Below the pieces are notes generated by a model. That model saw only the letters and a list, made by a program, of their open reading frames with translations, had not been told where the DNA came from and ran no database searches. Both the position numbers and the translations under genes were made by a program. From an uncultured Candidatus Berkelbacteria bacterium (GTDB taxonomy: Bacteria; Patescibacteriota; UBA1384; XYA2-FULL-43-10; CAINNR01), in assembly GCA_903851235.1 (NCBI GenBank), contig CAINNR010000001.1, positions 22,432-86,431 of the forward strand: a stretch of DNA of 64,000 bases, in the 5' to 3' direction. Below, piece after piece: positions 47,731 through 57,385 of this stretch (positions within the stretch are counted from its first letter, which is position 1; each line of letters begins with the position of its first letter).

Positions 47731-47753
47731 GGCACCAGAGTGGTGCCTTTTTT
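47731..47753 (+). terminator. Intrinsic terminator
   Basis: ggcacca-gag-tggtgcc-tttttt. Confidence 0.85.
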
Positions 47754-47763
47754 ATTTTGCATC

Positions 47764-47844
47764 TTGACAAATGGTTTTGGTTTTTGATACTATATTAGTG
47801 TGGATTGTGGTGACCCTGCGGTGGCCACTTTTTTAAAAAGTGCC
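47764..47844 (+). promoter_or_regulatory. nusA promoter and leader attenuator hairpin
   Basis: TTGACA...TGaTACTAT followed by gtggtgacc-ctgc-ggtggccac-tttttt. Confidence 0.55.
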
Positions 47845-47932
47845 AATGTAATATCAATCAGCTGATATTCAGCAAAATAGATGTATATTAATATCGACAA
47901 CTTAATAACAATTTAGAAACAAAAGGAGAAAG

Positions 47933-49135
47933 ATGACCGAAGATTCTGTAAATTTTATGCAAGCGATTGAGGAACTTTGTGAAGAAAAAGGTTTGGACAA
48001 GGAAACTGTGATTTCAACGGTTGAAGCTGCTCTTTCCGCCGCTTATCGAAAAGATTACGGCAAGCCGCGTCAGGTGATTCGGGCGAAAATGGATCCAAAA
48101 ACCGGTGAAGCAGAAATGTATCAGGTAACAACTGTGGTTGATGATGAAGAGCTGGAGAATCCAGAGGCGGAGATTTCACTAACTGATGCGAAAAAAATTA
48201 AAAAAAGTTATAAAGTCGCTGACGAGATAATCGAGCCGTTGCCAAAAGAGGAAACCTTCGGCCGGATTGCGGCTCAAACTGCCAAACAGGTTATAATTCA
48301 GCGAATTCGTGAAGCCGAACGCGATATGATTTTTGCCGAATTTAAAGACCGTGAGCACACAATAGGTAACGGTTCAGTCCAACAAATTGAGGGTAAAAAT
48401 GTCATCGTTTCACTTGGTAAAGTCAATGCGATTATGTTTCCATCGGATCAAATTCGCGAAGAGAAATATTATGTCGGCCAACGCTTAAAGGTATATATCA
48501 AAGAGGTGGCACAAACTTCTCGCGGACCACAGATTCTAGTTTCTCGAGCTGATGAGGGCTTAATTAAGGGACTGTTTGAACTGGAAGTTCCGGAGATCGC
48601 CAATGGAACGGTTGAAATAAAAAGTTTAGCTCGCGAGGCCGGCTCCCGTACTAAAATGGCTGTAATTGCGCTCGATGATAATATCGACCCGATCGGTTCT
48701 TGTGTTGGACAACGTGGAACCAGAGTCCAATCGGTTTTAGCCGAAATCGGTGATGAAAAAATCGATATTATCCTTTGGGATGAAGATGTCGAGCGTTTTA
48801 TTATGAACGCTTTATCACCGGCGAAATGCGAAAAAATTGTTATTTCCTCAAAGGATACGAAAGCGATTGTCTTCGTCCCTGAAGACTTTCTTTCGCTCGC
48901 AATCGGCAAAAATGGCCAGAACGTTCGCTTAGCTTCAAAGTTGACCGGCTGGGGAATTGACATTGAAAAGGTTGAGGGCGGCGAGTCTAATCAGAAGAAA
49001 GCTAATGACAACGAATCAAAGGTTGAAACCGCGGTTAGTATCGAGAAGGAAAAGATTGTCAAAAAAGAGTCGGTGAAAACCAAAGACGCCAACGTCAAGA
49101 AAATTAGCGAAAAAATCGATTCTGATTCAAAATAG
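47933..49135 (+). CDS. nusA: Transcription termination factor NusA
   Basis: FGRIAAQTAKQVI, AREAGSRTK, LAIGKNGQNVRLAS. Confidence 0.98.
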   Translation: MTEDSVNFMQAIEELCEEKGLDKETVISTVEAALSAAYRKDYGKPRQVIRAKMDPKTGEAEMYQVTTVVDDEELENPEAEISLTDAKKIKKSYKVADEIIEPLPKEETFGRIAAQTAKQVIIQRIREAERDMIFAEFKDREHTIGNGSVQQIEGKNVIVSLGKVNAIMFPSDQIREEKYYVGQRLKVYIKEVAQTSRGPQILVSRADEGLIKGLFELEVPEIANGTVEIKSLAREAGSRTKMAVIALDDNIDPIGSCVGQRGTRVQSVLAEIGDEKIDIILWDEDVERFIMNALSPAKCEKIVISSKDTKAIVFVPEDFLSLAIGKNGQNVRLASKLTGWGIDIEKVEGGESNQKKANDNESKVETAVSIEKEKIVKKESVKTKDANVKKISEKIDSDSK

Positions 49136-49205
49136 CCTTAAGTAGTAAGTTTTAAGTTTTTCTTCGATAGATTGTACATGCAACTTTTAGTTTTAATTTA
49201 CTATC

Positions 49206-51710
49206 ATGGATCCAAATATATTTGGAAAGTTTTCAGACAATTTGCGCAAGATTCTGGTCATGGCCGAAAGAATAGCCAAGGATTCTGCAAAACCACTCGA
49301 CACCGAGGAGATTCTTTTGGCTTTGGTTTTAACCCGTGGAACTTTGGCCTCTGACATTCTTACATCGTTTGAAATCGTGCCTGACAAGGTTTCTATTGTC
49401 GCAAAATTGGTTAGTAACCTCGGCAAAAAGTCTAAGACTCCTGCAATATCTGATGACGCCAAAAGTGTTATGCAATCGGCCGTTAGAATCGCCGCTGGTT
49501 ACAATCACTTGATTGTTGACGTTGAACACTTACTACTAGCACTCTTATCTAACCCAAAATTTAACTCCTACAGTATTATTGAACGAATCGGTGTCAAACC
49601 GGAAAAAATCAGCGACCAAATTTCGGCAATTTTTAGCGAGATTTCCAAGGCAAGCGGTTCACTTAATCTTGACCAGCCGGCAGAGTTTGATTTGCCACAC
49701 ATCGGTGATTTCCCCGGCGAAGATTTTGCTTCCGATTTCTCCGAAAAGCCGGGCAAAACCAAAACTCAAGAAGCTCAAAAAACTTTTCTCGAACAATACA
49801 CTGTCAACTTGACTGCTGAGGCAAAAAACAATCACCTCGATCCGCTCGTTGGCCGAGAAAAGGAAATCGAACGAGTATCGCAAATTTTATCTCGCCGGAC
49901 AAAAAACAATCCTCTTCTAATAGGCGAACCGGGCGTGGGAAAAACGGCAATCGTCGAAGGATTAGCGCGAAGAATCATCGATGGCAGCGTGCCGCAAACA
50001 TTAATCGGCAAAACAATTCTTTCGCTCGATTTAGGGTCACTTTTGGCGGGCACCATTTATCGCGGTCAATTTGAAGCCCGAATTAAAAAATTGTTGGCTG
50101 AGATCAAAAACCTTGGAAAAATCATACTTTTTATAGATGAAATTCATACTACGGTCGGCACCGGTTCGGCCGAGGGATCAATGGATACCGCCAATATGCT
50201 AAAACCGATTTTGACCAGAAATGAATTTCAAGTTATCGGCGCGACAACTTTTGATGATTATAAAAAACATATTGAAAAGGATCCGGCATACGAACGGCGT
50301 TTTCAAGTCGTCCAAGTACCTGAACCATCAGTCCTAGAAACAATAAAAATTCTCCGTGGCATCAAACACAAATATGAGCAACATCATAAAATAAAATTCA
50401 CAGCCGATTCTCTGGTTGCTGCCGCCGAATTTTCAGAGCGGTACATTACCGATCGTTTTTTGCCGGACAAAGCAATCGATTTGATTGATGAAGCCGCTGC
50501 CGCGACAAATATTATCACACCGGAAAATGCAAAATTAGCCAAGCTTCAAACCAAATTGATTGAAACTCAAAGCAAAAAAGAGGAAGCTGTAATGGCGGAA
50601 AATTACGAATCTGCCACCGGTTTACGCGAGGAAGAGATAATTCTTTCTGACAAAATTTCAACATTGGAAAAATCTTCGGCCAGCCAGAAGAAAAACATTA
50701 TTGATTCAAATGATATTGCAAATATAATTTCACGTTGGACCGGAATTCAAACTGAAAATTTATCTCTTGATGAGCGAAAACGCTATCTGAATCTAGATGA
50801 ACGGATCAAGAAGATCGTTATAGGCCAGGACGAAGCGGTAACAGCAATTTCCAAATCCATTCGCCGAAACCGCGCCGGTATTTCAGATCCGAATCGACCA
50901 ATTGGTTCCTATTTATTTTTAGGTCCTACCGGAGTCGGGAAAACGCACTTGTCAAAAACCCTGGCAAAAATACTTTTTGGCACCGAGGAAAATCTGATTA
51001 AAATCGATATGTCAGAATTTATGGAAAAACACAACGTTTCGCGACTCGTGGGTGCCCCAGCCGGTTATGTTGGCTATGATGATGGCGGCAAGTTGACGGA
51101 AGCTGTTCGGAGAAAACCTTACTCAATAATTTTATTTGATGAAATTGAAAAAGCTCATCCGGAAGTTTTTAATATTTTGCTCCAAATTTTGGAGGATGGC
51201 TATCTAACCGACGCCAAAGGTCGCCGAGTAAATTTTCGAAACGCCATAATTATTATGACTTCAAATTTGGGAACATCCGATTTGAAGCGAGTCGACGAAA
51301 TCGGTTTTCACGCTAATAACAACTCCGAGTCCAAATATGAAGCGATGAAGAAATTAGTAATGGAAACGACCAAAAAAGAGCTTCGACCGGAATTGATTAA
51401 CCGATTGGATTCAATTATCGTTTTCCGCCCACTTTCAAAACCATCAATTTCAAGAATTGTCGACATAAATTTGAAAGAACTAATTGCTCGAATGAAAAAG
51501 CAGGGGCTGCAACTCTCGGTTGGCAACGAGGCTAAAAATTATATCTCCGAAACCGGTTACTCCGATGAATTCGGTGCCAGACCAATTCGCCGAATAATCA
51601 CCGATAAATTTGAAGATCCTATTTCCGAAGCGATAATTGGTGGATTATTTGTTTCCGGTGACAAAATCAAAACTCATTTAGTCGACAAACATATTATTTT
51701 CAAAAAATAG
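49206..51710 (+). CDS. clpC: ATP-dependent Clp protease ATP-binding subunit (ClpC-type)
   Basis: Clp-N domain, GEPGVGKT, UVR-like middle region, GPTGVGKT, DEIEKAHP. Confidence 0.93.
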   Translation: MDPNIFGKFSDNLRKILVMAERIAKDSAKPLDTEEILLALVLTRGTLASDILTSFEIVPDKVSIVAKLVSNLGKKSKTPAISDDAKSVMQSAVRIAAGYNHLIVDVEHLLLALLSNPKFNSYSIIERIGVKPEKISDQISAIFSEISKASGSLNLDQPAEFDLPHIGDFPGEDFASDFSEKPGKTKTQEAQKTFLEQYTVNLTAEAKNNHLDPLVGREKEIERVSQILSRRTKNNPLLIGEPGVGKTAIVEGLARRIIDGSVPQTLIGKTILSLDLGSLLAGTIYRGQFEARIKKLLAEIKNLGKIILFIDEIHTTVGTGSAEGSMDTANMLKPILTRNEFQVIGATTFDDYKKHIEKDPAYERRFQVVQVPEPSVLETIKILRGIKHKYEQHHKIKFTADSLVAAAEFSERYITDRFLPDKAIDLIDEAAAATNIITPENAKLAKLQTKLIETQSKKEEAVMAENYESATGLREEEIILSDKISTLEKSSASQKKNIIDSNDIANIISRWTGIQTENLSLDERKRYLNLDERIKKIVIGQDEAVTAISKSIRRNRAGISDPNRPIGSYLFLGPTGVGKTHLSKTLAKILFGTEENLIKIDMSEFMEKHNVSRLVGAPAGYVGYDDGGKLTEAVRRKPYSIILFDEIEKAHPEVFNILLQILEDGYLTDAKGRRVNFRNAIIIMTSNLGTSDLKRVDEIGFHANNNSESKYEAMKKLVMETTKKELRPELINRLDSIIVFRPLSKPSISRIVDINLKELIARMKKQGLQLSVGNEAKNYISETGYSDEFGARPIRRIITDKFEDPISEAIIGGLFVSGDKIKTHLVDKHIIFKK

Positions 51711-51824
51711 TTGCGACGATTGATATATTAGACCGCACCTTGCTCTTATCTGATTCATCCAATCCTACGTAGCAATGATTGCATTGTTACAAAAATTTTG
51801 ATAAATTCAATACAGGTAGAAATT

Positions 51825-53117
51825 ATGGCAGATAAATTTTTGCAAAAACCACGCGGGACCAAAGACATTTTACCGACCGAACAACCAGCTTGGAGTTTTT
51901 TTCAGTCAACGGCGGAAAAAGTTTTGTGCGGTCTCGGTTTCGGAAAAATAGATACTCCGCTTTTTGAAGACAAACGGATTTTTGAGCGTGGAGTTGGCAA
52001 CACAACCGACATTATCGAAAAGGAAATCTACCTGATCGAATCGGCGGTTGATGATGAGGATTCAAAGTTGGCGCTTCGACCCGAGGGTACCGCCGGTGCT
52101 GCTAGGGCCTACATCGAGAATGGTATGGGATCATGGCCACAACCGGTTCGATTGTTTTATTTCGGCCAAATGTACCGTCGTGAGCGACCGCAAAAAGGCC
52201 GTTTTCGAGAACATCGTCAAATCGGTGCAGAAATTATTGGCGACTGGTCTGCACAATCAGATTATTTGGCAATAATGTCAGCAGTGGAAATTTTAAAAAA
52301 ACTTGGCTTTTCCGACCTTAATATCGCTATCAACTCCATTGGGTGTCAGGAGTGCCGACCAAATTATCTCAAAAAGCTAAAGCAATACTACTCCGATAAA
52401 TTGGATAAAGTTTGTGATGATTGCCGACGACGATATGACTCCAATCCACTTCGACTTTTGGATTGCAAAAACGAGCAGTGTCAAAATATAAAAGCCAAAG
52501 CGCCGCAAATTCTCGACAAACTCTGTCCGGAGTGTCGCCAACACTTTCAGGATACCCTACAATATCTGGATGATTTTGGAATAAAATTTGATTTGGACAA
52601 CACTCTGGTTCGAGGTTTAGATTATTACACTCGAACGGTTTTCGAAATTTCCGCCGGTAACGACAAAGCGCGACAAACTACTCTCTGTGGTGGCGGCCGA
52701 TACGATAACTTGGTTTCAATCTTGGGTGGTCCGACGACTCCGGCGGTTGGATGGGGCATGGGAGCCGATCGTGTCGTTGAACTTTTGAAGGATAATAATG
52801 TAAAAATGCTACCTCCTCGCGGCGTCGAGGTCGTAATTTTGGAGATAGGCGACACGGCAAAAAAAGTTTGTCGACAAATTTTTGACAATTTCGAAAAGGA
52901 AGATATCAACGTTTTTTATATTCCCTCAAAGGATTCACTCCGCAGCCAGTTAAAAATGGCGTCGAAATTAAATGCCGATTTCGCAGTCATCGTTGGCCAA
53001 CAAGAAGCGCTGAACGGTTCGGCAATCGTCCGCGACTTGAAATCCAGTACTCAAGAAGATCTTTCGGTTGCAAGCGCGGTTGAGATGATAAAGGAAAAGT
53101 ATACTAAAGCCAGTTAA
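51825..53117 (+). CDS. hisS: Histidine--tRNA ligase
   Basis: PRGTKD, LRPEGTA, RGLDYY, GGGRYD. Confidence 0.97.
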   Translation: MADKFLQKPRGTKDILPTEQPAWSFFQSTAEKVLCGLGFGKIDTPLFEDKRIFERGVGNTTDIIEKEIYLIESAVDDEDSKLALRPEGTAGAARAYIENGMGSWPQPVRLFYFGQMYRRERPQKGRFREHRQIGAEIIGDWSAQSDYLAIMSAVEILKKLGFSDLNIAINSIGCQECRPNYLKKLKQYYSDKLDKVCDDCRRRYDSNPLRLLDCKNEQCQNIKAKAPQILDKLCPECRQHFQDTLQYLDDFGIKFDLDNTLVRGLDYYTRTVFEISAGNDKARQTTLCGGGRYDNLVSILGGPTTPAVGWGMGADRVVELLKDNNVKMLPPRGVEVVILEIGDTAKKVCRQIFDNFEKEDINVFYIPSKDSLRSQLKMASKLNADFAVIVGQQEALNGSAIVRDLKSSTQEDLSVASAVEMIKEKYTKAS

Positions 53118-53144
53118 TAATTTTATAATGTCTGATGAATTTAC

Positions 53145-53166
53145 AACCGCAGTTGCGGTTTTTTTT
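53145..53166 (+). terminator. Terminator after hisS
   Basis: aaccgc-agtt-gcggtt followed by a T run. Confidence 0.75.
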
Positions 53167-53209
53167 GGTATATATTATTGACTTTTTAAAATTTATTTGC
53201 AATACTATT

Positions 53210-53352
53210 GTTGCTGTTTCCACGCTGACGTGGCTGTGAAAAATCCACGTACACGGGAGGATAAGCGCCTATGCTCAAGCGCAGTGACACACCTTAAAGA
53301 GTACGCTGACTATGCCGCCGTTCCCGGATCCTCGTGGGGGTCCGGGTTTTTT
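53210..53352 (+). ncRNA. Candidate stand-alone small RNA (possibly 6S-like)
   Basis: TTGACT promoter upstream, GC-rich structured body, strong terminator cccggatcct/ggggtccggg-tttttt. Confidence 0.5.
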
Positions 53353-53386
53353 AATTGAAATATTGTATTTAAGTTATAATAATATT

Positions 53387-54691
53387 ATGCGAATAGAAAT
53401 CGAAAAAATGGCTTTTGGTGGCTCTGGTCTCGGACATTTGGACGATGGCCGAGTGGTTTTCATTCGAAAAGTCGTTCCTGGTGACACTGTCGAAGCGAAT
53501 ATTTATGAAGAAAAAAAAGATTTTGCTTTTGCTGTTGCGGAAAAAGTTATCACCCCTTCACCGATGCGAATTGACGCGCCTTGCAAATATTTTTATCAGT
53601 GCGGCGGCTGTGAGCATCAAAATATTTCTTATCAAAACCAACTGAAGATAAAAGAGGACCTAGTTCGGGAATCTTTACAACGACAAAAGGTCACGACCGA
53701 TGTGGAAAAAATTATTCCATCCTCAGATAAAGAATTTTTTTATCGCAATTCAATTCGCTATTCATTTTTACTTGGTCAGGACAATAATATTGCCTTGACT
53801 CGTCACCAACCAGACGACAATGAATTGGTAATCGTTGATGCCTGTATGTTGCAATCCGAGACGTCAAATTTGATATTAAGAAAAATTCGCGACTATATCA
53901 ACAAAAACATTGAGGATAAATCGACTTTCTGGCAATTAAAAATTCGTGAGGGAAAGTGGACCGGTGATATCATGGTCGAAATAATAACGTCTTCCAGTCA
54001 TCTGCCAAACGAAAAGGGAATTATTGCCGAGTTGCGATCGATTAGCGGTATTAAATCGATTTATCAAACTATCGCGCCTGGGAAATCGCTTATTAATTTG
54101 CGGCGGCGGTTGATATTTGGATCGCCGGTAATTTTTGAAAAAATCGGCTTCTATACTTTCCAAATTTCACCCGAAAGCTTTTTTCAAACTAATTCCGAAG
54201 GGGTTGAAACCTTGTATGATTTGATAAAAAAAACCGCTGATGTAAAAATTGGCGACGAAGTAGTTGATCTGTTCTGCGGCACTGGATCGATCGGAATTTA
54301 TCTATCAACTCTGGCTAAAAAGGTTAGCGGAATTGAAGTTGTTAATCAGGCTGTTCGCGACGCCAAAGATAACGCTCGGATAAATAAAATCAAGAACTGC
54401 GAATTCATATGCGCGGATTCGAAAAAATGGCTTCACCAAAACAGAAAAATAAAAATTAACAAACTGATAGTTGATCCTCCACGCGCCGGGTTATCTAAAG
54501 AACTAATATTTGATATTTGTAATTCCGATTTTGATATTATGATATATGTTTCTTGCAATCCGGCCACCTTTGCTCGCGATCTGAAACTATTTGAGAGTAA
54601 TGGAGTTATGGCGAAAAAAATTCAGCCGATTGACATGTTTCCACAAACTCACCACATTGAACTTGTTTCGGAGTTGGTTAAATCAAAGTGA
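53387..54691 (+). CDS. rlmD: 23S rRNA m5U1939 methyltransferase
   Basis: TRAM domain, CxxxxxCGGC, SFFQTN, DPPRAG, YVSCNP, DMFPQTHHIE; ATG 53387. Confidence 0.93.
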   Translation: MRIEIEKMAFGGSGLGHLDDGRVVFIRKVVPGDTVEANIYEEKKDFAFAVAEKVITPSPMRIDAPCKYFYQCGGCEHQNISYQNQLKIKEDLVRESLQRQKVTTDVEKIIPSSDKEFFYRNSIRYSFLLGQDNNIALTRHQPDDNELVIVDACMLQSETSNLILRKIRDYINKNIEDKSTFWQLKIREGKWTGDIMVEIITSSSHLPNEKGIIAELRSISGIKSIYQTIAPGKSLINLRRRLIFGSPVIFEKIGFYTFQISPESFFQTNSEGVETLYDLIKKTADVKIGDEVVDLFCGTGSIGIYLSTLAKKVSGIEVVNQAVRDAKDNARINKIKNCEFICADSKKWLHQNRKIKINKLIVDPPRAGLSKELIFDICNSDFDIMIYVSCNPATFARDLKLFESNGVMAKKIQPIDMFPQTHHIELVSELVKSK

Positions 54692-54734
54692 TGTTTTCTG
54701 CAATATAGGACTAACTTTTTTTTCACTAAAATAT

Positions 54735-54817
54735 TTGACAGTGTTCGGTTTGTGTTTGGTATAATAAATTTATGATTACCGAACATAAACCAAACAACAA
54801 GAGATCAAAGGCCGAAC
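54735..54817 (+). promoter_or_regulatory. lexA promoter with two candidate LexA boxes
   Basis: TTGACA and TGgTATAAT; TTCGG-N6-TTTGG at 54744-54759 and an inverted counterpart at 54779-54794. Confidence 0.7.
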
Positions 54818-54851
54818 CTTTTAATGGCGGATTTCTTGAATAAGGAGAATT

Positions 54852-55460
54852 ATGGAAAGTCTCACTAAGCGGCAGAAAGAGATTCTTGATTTCATCCGCA
54901 ATTTTATTGGAGAAAATGGCTACGCTCCAAGTTTTCGTGAAATTGCGTATTACTTTGAGCTTTCATCGGTTTCTACCGTTGCCGAATACATCGGAATACT
55001 GGAAGAGAAGGGCTACCTGACAAAAGAAGCAATGGAGGCCCGTTCAATCCAGCTGACTCCGGCATTTGCATCCGGCATCGACACTTTCGAAATACCCCTC
55101 TCGGGAGTAATCGATGCCGGAAAGCCAATTGAGGCAATTCGAACCAATGAAACAATCGACATCCCAAAAGACATGATGGGACGTCGTACTTTTGCTCTTC
55201 GCGTTCGCGGCGAATCGATGATCGACGACGGAATTCTTGACGGCGATTACGTAATTATCGAGCAATCACAAAATCCTCGAAACGGCGAAATTGTTGTTGC
55301 TTTAATCGATAACGAAAACGCCACTCTTAAACGCTATTACAACGAAACTAACGGTATTCGTTTGCAACCGGCAAACAAAACAATGCGGGCAATGCACTTT
55401 GCCAAAGGCCGAGTAACAATTCAAGGCAAAGTCAAGGGTGTAATTAGAAAATTCCGTTAG
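54852..55460 (+). CDS. lexA: LexA repressor
   Basis: LTKRQKEIL..GYAPSFREI, AG cleavage site, GESM, ATLKR. Confidence 0.97.
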   Translation: MESLTKRQKEILDFIRNFIGENGYAPSFREIAYYFELSSVSTVAEYIGILEEKGYLTKEAMEARSIQLTPAFASGIDTFEIPLSGVIDAGKPIEAIRTNETIDIPKDMMGRRTFALRVRGESMIDDGILDGDYVIIEQSQNPRNGEIVVALIDNENATLKRYYNETNGIRLQPANKTMRAMHFAKGRVTIQGKVKGVIRKFR

Positions 55461-55549
55461 GCAATCATTTTTTGGTCAATAATTAGTTGATAGTTGCCAA
55501 CATAGGATATATACTAGAATCAGCTATTATTTTTATTGGAGGGAGTTCT

Positions 55550-55813
55550 ATGGCAACTAACTCATTAAGTTCGTCCGGAGCAATATCGGAGGACAGGAAA
55601 CTAATCAAGTTTTCAAATTACAGTCTCTGCGTCACTCTACCAAAGTGGGTGATTAAAAATCTGAAATGGGAAAAAGGTGACGTGGTGAAAATGCTTGTTG
55701 ACGAAAAAAAGGGCGAGATTTTAATCAAAAAATCTTCGAAATCCTCAAAGGCGGAAGAAACTCCAAGCAAAGAACCAAAGAAAATTAAAAAAGGCGCGAA
55801 ATCTCGTTGGTAA
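55550..55813 (+). CDS. AbrB/MazE/SpoVT-family DNA-binding protein
   Basis: RKLIKFSNYSLCVTLPKWVIKNLKWEKGD; GGAGG SD before ATG 55550. Confidence 0.8.
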   Translation: MATNSLSSSGAISEDRKLIKFSNYSLCVTLPKWVIKNLKWEKGDVVKMLVDEKKGEILIKKSSKSSKAEETPSKEPKKIKKGAKSRW

Positions 55814-55891
55814 AACCTTCATTGTTTGGACTATGTAAATTTGCTACAATGATGTTGTAAAGGTTAGGTTTTTACTAGTGAGGAGGGGATT

Positions 55892-56650
55892 TTGGGCATT
55901 TCTGATGATATTCGTCCAAAAACATATCGACCGATTTCCAGAACGGTCGTTAAAACAGAAATTAAAGTCGCAGCTAAAAAAATTGATGACCGAGATAATG
56001 GTCAACTATTCCAAACTAAGCACGACGGTGATTTTTTCGCTGACACACCGATTGGTGTTGATAAAGAAAAAAGTAAAAAATTATCCAAACCGAAAAAAAG
56101 TCTGCTGGCGAAAAAACATCGCTGGATGTTCACAGTTATGATTGTTTTGGCAATAGGCGTTTTAATCGGCCTGGTTGCTTGGCAAAATTACTCAACTCTA
56201 AAAAGTTACATAGACGGAAGTTACAAAAGTAGCAATGATAAAAGTCTTACGGACATCATTAATAACGCAAACGATTCAATAAATAATTATAACAACAATG
56301 GTCAGTCCGCGACCGGATCAACCACAACTCCAACGACTCAGCCGGCAGCAACTTCAACTGCGACAGTTGATAAATCAACTATTATCATTTCAGTTTTGAA
56401 CGGTTCCGGAACAAAAGGCTCAGCCACAGCAGTTGCCAATACCTTAAAAACTACCGGCTTCACGGTCAGCAATATTTCAAATGCGAAATCATTCAATTAC
56501 GCCAAAACCTATATATATTATAAAACTGATGACGCCTCTGCAGCGAATTTGGTAGCCGACGCTTTGTCAGCACGAACAACAAGTGTTGTAAAAAATACTT
56601 CGATTATTGGATCGAATTACGATATTGTTGTCGTTGTCGGGAAGCAATAA
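55892..56650 (+). CDS. LytR C-terminal domain membrane protein
   Basis: Single TM, Thr-rich linker, VLNGSGTKGSA...DIVVVVG; AGGAGG SD with TTG start. Confidence 0.88.
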   Translation: MGISDDIRPKTYRPISRTVVKTEIKVAAKKIDDRDNGQLFQTKHDGDFFADTPIGVDKEKSKKLSKPKKSLLAKKHRWMFTVMIVLAIGVLIGLVAWQNYSTLKSYIDGSYKSSNDKSLTDIINNANDSINNYNNNGQSATGSTTTPTTQPAATSTATVDKSTIIISVLNGSGTKGSATAVANTLKTTGFTVSNISNAKSFNYAKTYIYYKTDDASAANLVADALSARTTSVVKNTSIIGSNYDIVVVVGKQ

Positions 56651-56692
56651 TTGGATTTCTGCTATTTATTTTTATAGTGATTAATTTTCACC

Positions 56693-56938
56693 ATGTTAAG
56701 TTCAATTTTTTCTTATTACGACAAATTAATAATGGGAATTTCGCCCGGCTATTCCAGCTTAATTTCATTGGTGATTTTGCTTTTTGTGATTCTGGCTCTT
56801 TGGCGTTTTATTAAGGGCAATTTTATTTGGATGATCCCAATCATTATTTTTATTCCGGCTACTTGGCCGGCGATAAAAAGTATTGGTCGATTTTTACTGA
56901 TTCTTGGAGAATTTTTATTGGTTCACATCAAACGATGA
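56693..56938 (+). CDS. Small membrane protein
   Basis: Hydrophobic 81 aa; ATGA overlap with the next gene. Confidence 0.7.
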   Translation: MLSSIFSYYDKLIMGISPGYSSLISLVILLFVILALWRFIKGNFIWMIPIIIFIPATWPAIKSIGRFLLILGEFLLVHIKR

Positions 56939-57336
56939 AATCATTTGTCCTACGTTTGGAGAAAGGGGATGAAGCAATTTCAAAAATTGTTGGTTTTTGT
57001 GCACAAAACGATATAGAAAATGCCTGGTTTTCCGGATTCGGCGCGGCATCGTCAGCAAGATTGGCAATTTACGACTTGGAGAAAAAAGAGTATATTCGAA
57101 AAGAGTTTTCTGGTATATTGGAAATACTAAATTTTCTCGGGAATGTAGGTCAAATGGATGGTAAAACCATCGTACATAGTCACGTAACACTATCGAACAA
57201 AGATTTTTCCGCTTTTGGTGGACACGTTGATGAGTTGATTATAGCCGCCACTTGCGAGATTATATTGCATCAATTGGATATAACTTTGGCTAGAAAACGC
57301 GATGATGAAATCGGATTAAATTTGCTGGATATCTGA
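56935..57336 (+). CDS. PPC (DUF296) domain protein
   Basis: VLRLEKGD, HSHVTLS, FGGHV, TCEI. Confidence 0.9.
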   Translation: MKSFVLRLEKGDEAISKIVGFCAQNDIENAWFSGFGAASSARLAIYDLEKKEYIRKEFSGILEILNFLGNVGQMDGKTIVHSHVTLSNKDFSAFGGHVDELIIAATCEIILHQLDITLARKRDDEIGLNLLDI

Positions 57337-57385
57337 TATTTAATTGGTAATTTTGACCAGATCGATAAATTTGTAAGGAGTGTTC

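Noticed and set aside
53295-53325. tmRNA tag-like reading (EYADYAA)
   Set aside because: No stop after the alanines and no tRNA-like acceptor or T arm
53312-53386. N-terminal extension of RlmD in the ORF track
   Set aside because: It runs through a terminator hairpin; the TRAM domain starts at ATG 53387
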